64,000 bases of DNA from assembly GCF_006345805.1 (NCBI RefSeq), contig NC_042998.1, positions 23,498,001 to 23,562,000 of the forward strand. Reading direction: 5' to 3'. This document shows positions 12,035 through 22,900 of this stretch, piece after piece; positions within the stretch are counted from its first letter, which is position 1; each line of letters opens with the position of its first letter. Made by a program: the position numbers and the translations under genes. Under the pieces are notes generated by a model. It was not told the origin of the DNA. It did no database searches and saw only the letters and a list, made by a program, of their open reading frames with translations. Source of the stretch: Octopus sinensis (taxonomy: Eukaryota).

Positions 12035-13355
12035 TTCATCCTATGCAATAAGGACAACGCAATCAGTATATCAATGTTTCTATTGCTATCCATTCTTGAA
12101 CCTCTTTTATAATGCATGAAAAAAGTTGTCTAAGGACAGAACCTTAATGAACACCTTTTTTGTACACTGGATTTCTCAGTGAACTGAGAATTGCTATGCC
12201 ATTTTTGAGAATAACATTGCAATTTGTATTATAGATACTGAATGTTAAACGTCACATAATTTATAACAATTCTATGATTGTATTCTCATTTAAGAGTCAA
12301 ATGATTTTCTATCTCTCAGCTTCTTTCCCTTCTCCTCTCATTAATACAGCAACATCTCGTTTATAATCCAGTTTCAAGACATATTTGTCACTCTGTTACA
12401 TAATTCTAATCACTTAATTGGGGAAGTTTAATCCTTTTTATGCAGAAAAAAAAAGTAGGACTTCTATTTCAAAATCAATATCTTTTGAGCTCAACAGCTT
12501 GTCATGTTTTATTAGGTCAAAATTTCTTTTTAATTATTCATAACAGAAGCTAAAACAGTTTTTTTTTTCCTCTGCATTATATCTTATATCCCATATTTAA
12601 TTATTACTTTATAGATGGGAAATATTTGTAAATCAAAACTTTAACCATCACAAATACAGGACAGATAATAATATCTACCAAGAGAAGAGTTGTTATGTTT
12701 ACTGATAGATTTTTACTGATAGCCACAGTACCAGGTTGAACCAACTTTCATTATTATATCAAATTATTTGTTTGGATTTTATGATGATTTTTCTCTTCAT
12801 TTGGTGAGTGTCAATAATTTATTCAACTTCAGTGAAATCATGTGAGTCAAGTGATTTTGGTTGAGACAACTTGGTAATAGAGTAACAGGATTTACAATCT
12901 ACTGAAAGCTTAGCTAATGCAGAATTGAGATAACATCACAACAAAGTAGTTGTGCTCTTAGATATTGTAGCAAACTTGTTCTTGTTTCAACTTGTCACAA
13001 AGCTTAAACGTTATAGGTCCAAACAAACATCAAATATTTTATTTTTTACTTGTTATTTATGCATGTGTAAAACATTATCTTAAATGTGCAATGGAGCCTT
13101 ACTTGGCAAGACCTACTTCAACATGCTACACATGAACAATGCTGCGTCACTAATTGTCACTCGTTAATAGTTTGAGAAAAATCCAACTTCATCAAAGATG
13201 GGTATGTAATTATGTGAGTATTTAAGGATTTCGGCATCCTTAAAGATTCTGGATATCAGCCAATTAGAAAAAAAATTAAGCATTCAATATCCTGGATATG
13301 TGAAACAACTCTTTATGAGAAGAAATCTAGAAACGTAACAAAAATTCAAAGGGAA

Positions 13356-13448
13356 ATGCAAAGTCTACAGGACATTCAAGAAGATTTGATGGGGGAAGAA
13401 TTAACATTTTTAGGACAAAGTTCAAATTATGGCGTGACACAATGGCAG
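13356..13448 (+). CDS. F-box/LRR-repeat protein (FipoQ / C02F5.7-like), putative first coding exon, MQSLQDIQEDLMGEELTFLGQSSNYGVTQWQ
   Basis: ATG at 13356; ends CAG|GTGAGT (strong donor at 13449); phase 0 matches the phase-0 acceptor of the F-box exon at 25326. Linkage between the two exons is inferred. Confidence 0.55.
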
Positions 13449-13518
13449 GTGAGTAGTCAAGGACTACATAAATTATATTTTAATCAAATGTTCATCATTT
13501 CTATCTTGTTTAATACAG

Positions 13519-13710
13519 TTCTATATTTAAGAGATGAGGAATTATTTACAATATTTACATCATTTACATTATTTACATTTGCTGGATATTTGTCCTCATC
13601 TTGTTTGTTGTTGACACAACATTTTGGCTGATAGACCCTCCAGCCTTCATCAGGTGTCTTGGGGGAAATTTCAAACCAGGGTTCTCATTCCTAAGGTATT
13701 TTTCTATGTT
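13519..13710 (-). mobile_element. Penelope-like (pLTR-type) tail containing a minimal hammerhead motif
   Basis: Homologous to 43862-44035; contains CTGATGA core with paired stems I and II. Confidence 0.7.
13613..13658 (-). ncRNA. Minimal type I hammerhead ribozyme motif (degenerate, probably inactive copy)
   Basis: GACAC CTGATGA A GGCTG GAGGGTCTAT CAGCC AAAA TGTT GTGTC: stem I GACAC/GTGTC, stem II GGCTG/CAGCC; GAAA mutated to AAAA. Confidence 0.65.
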
Positions 13711-13747
13711 GTTGCTGTTGTTGTTATTATTATTATTATTATTATTA

Positions 13748-14288
13748 TTGAGTGAGAGAGCAGTGCATGCCATCAAAGTGCCACGAAGCCCAATATACCC
13801 ATCATGACTACCCGTCTGATAAGGGTACACCAGGCACATGCATCACAACCATATGTGCGCGACATGGTGATCTCATATCAAGATAAACAGCACATGACCT
13901 TGCAGGTGGGGCCCAGTTAGAATTTTCTTCAGGTTGAGTAGCCCATCCCACTCAAAAGGTCCCTGAATAAGGGTTGTTTAAGGATGTTGAAAGAACCACC
14001 CATGTTTCCAGAGGTAAATTATTCAAACCCCAAAGAATCCCTCTCAACACATGGCTATGATGCTCCCCCACTACTTCTGCTCATGATCAGAGATGCATAT
14101 ATCGTCAGCCACTAAGGGACATGCTCAACTGGTTAAGGTCAAACAACTGACAAGCAAATCTGTGGTATTGAGCAGAATATTTGCTGTAGCCCATCTTTTA
14201 TACCAAGACAAAACAATGTACATGATAACACTTCCAATCAGTTAAGATCAGAAGCCATGAGAGCCACTGCCTGGTACTGCATCAGGGC

Positions 14289-14292
<4 letters not shown>
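13748..14292 (-). mobile_element. Element D, second copy, between (ATT)n tracts
   Basis: Reverse complement of 8595-9155 with a ~15-bp deletion. Confidence 0.85.
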
Positions 14293-14325
<33 letters not shown>

Positions 14326-14351
14326 CATCATCAACATTATTATTATTATTC

Positions 14352-14420
14352 AAGTCACTGCCTGGAATCGAACTCGGAATCTTGGTGTTAGTAGCCCACA
14401 CTATTAACCACTACGCCATA
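14352..14420 (-). mobile_element. tRNA-derived Pol III head (SINE head), not a functional tRNA
   Basis: TATGGCGTAGTGGTTAATAGTGTGGGCTACTAACACCAAGATTCCGAGTTCGATTCCAGG: A box TGGCGTAGTGG (14408-14418), B box GTTCGATTCC (14364-14373); anticodon and T stems mispaired. Confidence 0.7.
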
Positions 14421-15254
14421 TGTTGTTTTCCTTATAATTTCCTTATAATTAGTGGGTTCTTATATTATCACAAGGACACGAATATCAAAAGCAGGTTAAA
14501 GATCAAATGTGATGTAATTTTGAATTAGTTTCAAAAGTGAAGAAAATATTTAACTTGAAATATTTGATAAAAAGTAAAATGTTCTTGAAGAAAAAATATC
14601 AAATGTTAAGTGTTCCTTATTGAGTATTTAAAAAAAAAAAAAACAGCTTCAGGGATGATTAACGATTTACCAAAATCAAAATCGAAATCAAAGGATTGTG
14701 ATGACAAAAGATTGGAAACCACTGTTTCAGACTAATTAAATTAACTCTGATGCTTGAATGGCATTTACTCTATCAATGTAGAACATGAGATTTGAAGTTT
14801 GAATATGAAAGAATTTAACTAAGTACCACCAGAAAGCATTATTTTTTTCCACTATTTTATCAATTCTATCTGCTACCAACATTATTTTCCCTATAATTGC
14901 TGATGATTAATGACTGGTATTTTCAATCAAGCAGCAACGCTCATTGGTTAATCCTTTTGTGACTTTCTCTAAAGAATAGACTGTTGATGTGTTTTAATCA
15001 ATTTTTAATATAATAAAATTTGGAGAAGTTTATTAAGTTATCTAATAGTATATTATATTGGTGCTGGCTAACTGAAGTCTCATGATATAATTCATGCTTT
15101 AATGAGATTTTAATAAGAATCATAATTTAAATATAAACACAATATTACAAGTTATCTCTGTCTGGTTGGTAATAAAATGTTAAGCTGTTTGGCCAGATGC
15201 TTTCCATCTTGAAATGCTAGTTTTCACAAATATCATAATAATTACTAATATGTT

Positions 15255-15429
15255 GGAGTGGCTGTGTGGTAAGTAGCTTGCTTACCAACCACATGGTTCC
15301 GGGTTCAGTCCCACTGCGTGGCACCTTGGGCAAATGTCTTTTACTATAGCCTTGGGCTGACCAAAGCCCTGTGAGTGGATTTGGTAGACAGAAACTGAAA
15401 GAAGCCCGTCGTATATATGTATATGTATG

Positions 15430-15471
<42 letters not shown>

Positions 15472-15697
15472 ATGTGCGTATATGTGTTTGTGTGTCTGTG
15501 TTTGTCCCCCCAACATCACTTGACAACCGATGCTGGTGTGTTTACGTCCCTGTAACTTAGTGGTTCGGCAAAAGAGACCGATAGAATAAGTACTAGGCTT
15601 ACAAAGAATAAGTCCTGGGGTCGATTTGCTCAACTAAAGGCGGTGCTCCAGCATGGCCACAGTCAAATGACTGAAACAAGTAAAAGAGTAAAAGAAT
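15255..15697 (+). mobile_element. SINE family A, full length
   Basis: Head, CORE-like segment, (AT)n, 3' module, TAAAAGAG tail. Confidence 0.9.
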
Positions 15698-16214
15698 ATG
15701 CATGCAATCGTCGGAGTTTATAAAGAATTCAGGTAGCATTTTGACCCTTTGTTTTGTTCTCTTTTCTGCTTACAAACCTTTAATCATCTTTGTTTTTAGT
15801 ATAAGTTGATCTTACTCTGTGAACATAGGTCTTATGTCTCAACCTTAGCTATTAGTAGGGTTTTCATTTTTCCCCCCATTTTTTTGTCAAGTAATTTCTC
15901 TCAGCATTTTTCAGGAGTCTGTTGTGGTTAACTTCAGGTCATTCCTAACACAGAAGAGTAATGACCAAGGAATTATCGGTCGTATTTTGTTCTAGGCACA
16001 GTATTCTCAGAGTAGCATCAGCTAAATGTGTCTTATTTCTAAGACAGTAAGATATAATTTGAGGCAATTATGGCTGCTAATTCTAGCAGTTTGAACGACT
16101 GCATAGAGGTTTCTTTGTTGTCTTTTTTTCCATGCTTGTTGTGATATTTTTTATAGTTATTCTTTATTTCTTACACTTGTTTTTTTTAATATATTTTGGC
16201 ATTATGCTGTGCTT

Positions 16215-16483
16215 GAGAAGAAGACCCATCGAGCCAAGTAAAACCACAGTCATAGCAGATAATGGTGTCATGCAAATGGCACCCATGCCGGTGGTACGTA
16301 AAAGCACCCATTACGCCCTCAGAGTGGTTGGTCTTAGGAAGGGCATCCAGCCACAGAAACCATGCCAAACAGACTGGAGTCTGGTGCAGCCTTCCAGCTT
16401 TCCAGCCCTGGTCAAACCATCCAACCCATGCCAGCATGGACAATGAACGTTAAATGATGACGATGATGATGATAATGATGATG
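16215..16483 (+). mobile_element. RTE-type 3' end (family F) with (GAT)n tail
   Basis: GGAAGGGCATCCAGCC..CCAACCCATGCCAGCATGG..CGTTAAATGATGA, shared with the RTE 3' UTR at 17248. Confidence 0.8.
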
Positions 16484-17108
16484 GTTTACTTTTTACCTTC
16501 TAGTTTTTCTCCCTAAATTCTTGTATTGTTCATTGCAGAATTTTCTCCTATGGAGTTTAATTTAGCATAAACAGTGAGTTACTGGCTGTTTAGTCCTTAA
16601 ATAACTTTTCCTTTTCTGTACAATGTGTGTTGTGTATTTTATTACCAACCATATTAAACAGGGTAATGTACGTTTAGTTACCCTTTTCGAATTTCCCTGT
16701 ATTATTAGACCTTTGCTTGAGTTTTAATTTATATCTTACTAGCCAAAAATAAACTTGACTGAAGAATCAAGAAATTACCCCGGCAAAGTAATTTACTGAA
16801 ATTATTGCAAAACTTCTTGATAAACGATGAGCAGAATTTTGTATTTTTAGTGCAAAAGATTCTGATAAAAGATAGATTTACTAATTCAATTTTTTTCAAC
16901 TTCTCTTTTTCTAATTAGCTGTAACCTTAAACCTAAAGCCCCCAATCCTAACTCTAACCATGAATCTTAACCTAAACTGTGGCCCTGCCCATAAACTATA
17001 ACCTTAAACCAAAACCCTTTGCTTACAGGAGAAAGAAACAAATTGATACACAGATAAATAGCTATCTTACCGTTTTTATCAATATATAGACATATATATA
17101 TATATATA

Positions 17109-17224
17109 TCATCATCATCATCATCATCGTTTAACGTCCGTTCTCCATGCTAGCATGGGTTGGACGGTTCGACCGGGGATCTGGGAAGCCAGAAGGCTGC
17201 AGCAGGCTCCAGTCTTATCTGGCA
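17109..17224 (-). mobile_element. Short RTE-type 3' end (family F)
   Basis: (ATC)n + GTTTAACGTCCG..CCATGCTAGCATGGGTTGGACG; sits in (AT)n next to the long RTE. Confidence 0.8.
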
Positions 17225-17425
17225 ATATATATATATATATATATATATCATCATCATCATCATCATCATCGTTTAACGTCCGCTTTCCATGCTAGCATGG
17301 GTTGGACGGTTCAACTGGGGTCTGGGAAGCCCGAAGGCTGCACCAGGCCAGTCAGATGTGGCAGTGTTTCTACAGCTGGATGCCCTTCCTAACGCCAACC
17401 ACTCCGAGAGTGTAGTGGGTGATTT

Positions 17426-17735
17426 TATGTGCCACCGACACAGGTGCCAGACGAGGCTGGCAGACGGCCACGCTCGGATGGTGTTTTTTATGTGCCACCG
17501 ACACAGGTGCCAGACGAGGCTGGCAGACGGCCACGCTCGGATGGTGTTTTTTATGTGCCACCGACACAGGTGCCAGACGAGGCTGGCAGACGGCCACGCT
17601 CGGATGGTGTTTTTTATGTGCCACCGACACAGGTGCCAGACGAGGCTGGCAGACGGCCACGCTCGGATGGTGTTTTCTTATGTGTCACCGACACAGGTGC
17701 TAGACGAGGCTGGCGGACGGCCACGCTCGGAAGGT
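17426..17735. repeat. 63-bp tandem repeat, about 5 copies, in RTE 3' UTR
   Basis: ATGTGCCACCGACACAGGTGCCAGACGAGGCTGGCAGACGGCCACGCTCGGATGGTGTTTTTT repeated; gives 21-aa periodic pseudo-ORFs. Confidence 0.95.
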
Positions 17736-18004
17736 GTTTGTTACGTGCCCTCAGCACGGAGGCCAGTCATTGCGGTACTGGCTACGGTCACGTTCGGATG
17801 GTTTTCTTATGTGCCACCGGCACTGGTACCACAAGGATACAAATTCCATTGATGTTCATCTATTTTGATTTGGTTCGATTTGATTTGATACGATTCGATT
17901 CGATTCTCACTTGCCTCAACAGGTCTTCACAAGTGTCACAAGAAGGAAGGTATGCACAGGTGGACTGACTACGTCCCAGGTAGGGGCCACGGATTATGGC
18001 TTCA

Positions 18005-20013
18005 CTAGTCTTGCCGGGTCTTCTCACGCACAGCATACTTCCATAGGTCTCGGTCTCTAGTCATTTCCATGGTGAGACCTAACGTCCGAAGGTCGTGCTT
18101 CACCACCTCGTCCCAGGTTTTCCTGGGTCTACCTCTTCCACGGGTTCCCTCAACTGCTAGGGATTGGCACTTTCTCACACACCTCTCTTCATCCATTCTC
18201 GCCACATGACCATACCAGCGCAATCGTCTCTCTTGCACACAACAACTGATGCTTCTAGGTACAACATTTCTCTCAAGGTACTAACGCTCTGTCGAGTAAG
18301 TACACTGACATTACACATCCATCGGAGCATACTGGCTTCGTTCCTCACGAGCTTACGCATGTCCTCAGCAGTCACGGCCCATGTTTCACTGCCATGTAGC
18401 ATAGCTGTTCGTACACATGCATCATACAGTCTGCCTTTTACTCTGAGCGAGAGGCCTTTAGTCACCAGCAGAGGTAAGAGCTCCCTAAACTTTGCCCAGG
18501 CTATTCTTATTCTAGCAGTTACACTTTCAGCGCACCCACCCCCACTACTGACTTGGTCACCTAGATAGCGGAAACTATCAACTACTTCTAGTTTTTCCCC
18601 CCGGAAAGTGACAGAAGTTGTTTTCTGCAGATTTTCGGAGGTCAGTGCTCCAGAGCACCTGCCACATACAAAAACTATCTTCCCAGTTAGCCTACCTTTG
18701 ACATTGCTGCACCTCTTATGTGTCCATAGCTTACACTGGGTACATCTTATAGAGTTTCTACCTACACCTTTTCTACAGATCGAACAGGGCCATCTTCCTG
18801 ATGATATTTGTGGGTTTCTACCTTTCTACTTATTAGTACTTTGGTTTTAGCTAGGTTGACTCTAAGGCCCTCGATTCTAAACCCTCCTTCCACACCTGGA
18901 ACTTCTCCTCCAGTTCTGATAGTGACTCAGCGATTAGAGCGAGGTCGTCAGCATAGAGGAGCTCCCAGGGGCAACCGGACTTGAATTCCTCCGTTATTGC
19001 CTGGAGGACTATGATAAATAGGAGGGGGCTGAGTACTGAACCCTGGTGGACCCCAACCTCTACTTTGAATTCTTCTGTGTACATGTTGCCAACTCTAACC
19101 TTACTTACGGCATCTCTGTACATGGCTTGCACAGCCCTCACCAGCCATTCATCTATCCCTAGTTTCCTCATTGACCACCAGATGAGGGATCGGGGGACCC
19201 TATCAAAGGCTTTCTCCATGTCAACAAAAGCCAGGTACAGGGGCTTATCCTTGGCTAGGTATTTCTCCTGCAGCTGCCTTACCAGGAATATAGCATCAGT
19301 GGTGCTTTCCCTGGGACAAACCCAAACTGCATCTCATCTAAACTAACTCTCTCTCTAATTAGTTGGGCTAAGACCCTCTCCGTAACCTTCATTACCTGAT
19401 CCAACAGCTTGATACCTCTGTAATTATTTGTATCCAGGGCATCACCTTTACCTTTGTAGCAGTTGACTAGTATGCTGCTACACCAGTCATTGGGTATGAC
19501 TCCTTCGTGTATCACCTGGTTGACTATACGGGTGACTAGGTTATAGCCGACACTGCCAGATATTTTGAGCATCTCTGCAGTAATTCCTGATGGGCCTGGG
19601 GCTTTCCCTGTCTTCATGCTCCTAACTGCCTTAGCTACTACGGAACTATCAACTCGGATAGCTGGTCCCTCTGTTGGGTCAACATTTGGCAGACTCTCTT
19701 TATCCCATTCATTTTCTTTATTCAGCAAACTTTCATAGTGGCATCTCCAAACCTCTCTCTTTGCATCCTCATTTAGCGCAAGTGAACCATCATCCATGCG
19801 AACACACTTCTCTCCTACCACATCACGATTCTCTCTCACACACTGTCTTGCAACACGAAATACCTCAAGTCTTTCATCCTCACGGCTCAGAACATTGGCA
19901 AATTTTTTCTTATCCGCTTCCCCTCTGGCTATATAAACCTGTCTCCTAGCTTCCCTTTTGGCTGTCTGATACAATTCCCTGCTACCACCGTTCTTCCAGT
20001 CCTTCCAGTCCTT
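18005..20013 (-). pseudogene. RTE reverse transcriptase ORF, truncated, four single-base frameshifts, internal PHD-type finger
   Basis: ORF pieces 19279-19974, 18851-19219, 18175-18465 and 18005-18238 join into one frame after restoring four missing A residues. Confidence 0.85.
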
Positions 20014-20024
20014 ATATATATATG

Positions 20025-20056
<32 letters not shown>

Positions 20057-20182
20057 ATATATATATATATAGAACTTTTTAAAAAGGTTCCTACCGATAA
20101 TGGTTATATTTCCATACTGAAATCTACCTGGAAATAATTGTTGATTTTGAAATTAATAATTATTTACCCTTATATTATTATT

Positions 20183-20221
<39 letters not shown>

Positions 20222-20784
20222 GGGAGCAACAGAGGCAACAAGTTTGGTTTGTTTATAACACAGTGTTACTCATCCTGCACAAAACAGTATCCAAAACTCT
20301 CACAAATCACAGTCTGACATCTTACTTAAATAAAGGTTATATTGAACAATATTTTCCTGATTTACGGAAGTAGTTGATAGGACTGTCACAACTGGAATGC
20401 TTTTCATCGTAGTTTTATTTGATCATGATTGATTTTGAGACTAAACAACAACAGTCAAGTTAACTTGGAGTTGATGGGACAAGGCATGGTGGTCCAGCTT
20501 AATATAAATAGTGGCTATTTTTCACTCAAATCTTAAATTAGGATACGACAAATTAGAAAAGGTAGTCTTACGTATAAAAAAAAACAACAATAAATAATGC
20601 ATGCATACGCGCTTGTGCATGCACACACAAACACACACACACATATTGATTCATAGCTGAATAGAAACCATCAGTTGCACTCAGCGTTAGTAAGATATAT
20701 ATATGTACAACTCTTAGCACTTCAGTCACTTTATTAGCTTCAGTTAAATATTTATAAAGAATATATACATGTATGTTTAAATGC

Positions 20785-20943
20785 ATGTATATGTTTGTTG
20801 GGTAAGAAGCTTGCTTCCCAACCTCATGGTTCCAGGTTCAGTCCCACTGCATGGCACCTTGGGCAAGTGTCTTCTACTATAGCCTTGTACTGACCAAAGC
20901 CATGTGAGTGGATTTGGTAGATGGAAACTGAAAGATGCCCATC

Positions 20944-21009
<66 letters not shown>

Positions 21010-21520
21010 TATACATATATATACATACATACATACATACATACATACACACACACACATATATATATATACATCAAAATAAGCAACAAGGATATCTGGA
21101 TATCCTTGTTGCTTATTTTGATTTTAATCACCTCATTTTGAAATTGTATGGATAATACCATAATAAATTCTGTTGCCTCAACTTAAGTACCACATTCATC
21201 ATCATCATCATCATCGTTTAGCGTCTGTTTTCCATGCTAGCATGGGTCATCTGGATCTAAATTTTTTCTATATATATATATATATGTATGTATGTATGTG
21301 TGTGTATATCTTTGTGTGCCTGTGTTTGTCCCCCCAACATCACTTGAGAACCGATGCTGGTGCATTTGTGTCCCTGTAACTTAGCGGTTCGGCAAAAGAG
21401 TCCAATTGAATAAGTACCAGGCTTACAAAGAATAAGTCCTGGAATCGATTTGCTCGACTAAAGGTGTTGCTGCAGCATGGCCACAGTCAAATGACTAAAA
21501 CAAATAAAGAATAAAAGAAT
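20785..21520 (+). mobile_element. SINE family A split into 20785-21070 and 21290-21520, with an F-type tail fragment (21196-21250, -) between
   Basis: Head and (AT)n in the left part, 3' module in the right part. Confidence 0.7.
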
Positions 21521-21864
21521 ACATTCATATACACATACACATACACATACATACATTACTCAAAACTGCTCAGCATGTGGTGTTTCTGTGAGTGCATACA
21601 ACAAATCTCAATACAGAACAAAATGTGTTCAATAAATGAATTGAAGCCTTACATATATATATATATATATATATATATACACGTATATATATATTCAATA
21701 TACATCAAACTGCTGTGATACATATTCGATTCACCAACGAGATGACACACAGTTGAAACAAGTGGTGTGAAATATCTAATGTTTTCTGCAGAGCTGTTAA
21801 TAATTAACAGTTTTCATTGCTCTCTGATCAGCCATCAGTATCATTATTCCCATAAATCTATATC

Positions 21865-21909
21865 TATATACATATATCTATATATATATGTATATATATA
21901 TAAATATAA

Positions 21910-21941
<32 letters not shown>

Positions 21942-22024
21942 GCATACATACATACATGTGTTCATATACTCACATGCTCATATGTATGCACACACAGACA
22001 CACACACATACAGTCACACACATG

Positions 22025-22067
<43 letters not shown>

Positions 22068-22138
22068 TATATTTGCATACATACATACACGTGTACATAT
22101 ACTCACATGCTCGTATGTATGCACACACAGACACACAC

Positions 22139-22185
<47 letters not shown>
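21865..22185. repeat. Long compound (AT)n/(CA)n microsatellite
   Basis: Direct reading; source of Ile/Tyr pseudo-ORFs. Confidence 0.9.
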
Positions 22186-22187
<2 letters not shown>

Positions 22188-22429
22188 CAATGGAGAAGAA
22201 ATGAGAGTTATTATGATGTGAAGCCTGATCGTAAGTGTTGGAAATTGATAATTATTAACAGCTCTATCGAAAACATTTGATGTTTCACACCAGTTATTTC
22301 AATTGTGTATGAAGTGAATATGTACCCCAGCTGTTATTCCTCTAGAGATCTGTGTGGGTTTAACTAAGTCCACACATGCAAGAATATACACACATGTGCA
22401 TACGTGCACACACACACATGCGTATCTAT

Positions 22430-22784
22430 AGCTTTTCTTTTCTCTTTTACGTGTTTCAGTCGTTGGACTGTGGTCATGCTGGAGCACCACTTAGAAGGGT
22501 TTAATCAGAGAAATCAACTTCAGTATTTATTTTTAAAGTCTAAACTGCTAAGTTACTGGAACATAAACAAACCAACACTGGTTATCAAGCAGTGATGGAG
22601 TGATGTATCTTTGACATGGCGCAGGAGTGGCTGCATGGTAAGTAGCTTGCTTACCAACCACATGGTTCAAGGTTCAGTCCCACTGCGTGGCACCTTGGGC
22701 AAGTGTCTTCTACTATAGCCTCGTGCCGACCAAAGCCTTGTGAATGGACACACATACATATATATACATATATACTTACATGCA

Positions 22785-22823
<39 letters not shown>

Positions 22824-22900
22824 GGTGCAGGCATGGCTGCATAGTAAGTAGCTTGCTTCCCAACCACATGGTCCTGGGTTCAATATCATTGCGTGGCAAT
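22430..22900. mobile_element. Cluster of SINE A fragments (3' module on -, two heads on +)
   Basis: Family motifs at ~22450-22595 (-), 22617-22745 (+), 22824-22895 (+). Confidence 0.65.

Larger units (their letters stand above)
17248..20013 (-). mobile_element. RTE-clade LINE, 5'-truncated, ~2.77 kb, inserted in (AT)n
   Basis: RT motifs KAPGPSG, NYRGIKLL, QFGF, EKAFDRVP, GVHQGSVLSP, YADD; C-terminus RRLRWYGHV..GRGRPRKTW; 3' UTR with 63-bp repeats and (GAT)n tail; (AT)n on both sides. Confidence 0.95.

Noticed and set aside
14352-14420. Genuine tRNA gene (apparent ACT anticodon)
   Set aside because: Anticodon and T stems are mispaired and there is no acceptor stem or T-run terminator; it runs into (AAT)n, so it is a SINE-type head.
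16132-16446. 104-aa ORF with hydrophobic N-terminus resembling a membrane protein
   Set aside because: The T-rich start explains the hydrophobicity and the remainder is an RTE-type 3' UTR fragment.
17289-17968. 179-238-aa ORFs with 21-aa periodicity (also 59392-60108)
   Set aside because: Translations of the GC-rich 62/63-bp repeat in non-coding UTR; open in several frames and on both strands.
21767-22221. Numerous His/Thr, Ile/Tyr and Cys/Val-rich ORFs across the window
   Set aside because: Read-through of (CA)n, (AT)n and (TACA)n microsatellites and SINE A bodies.
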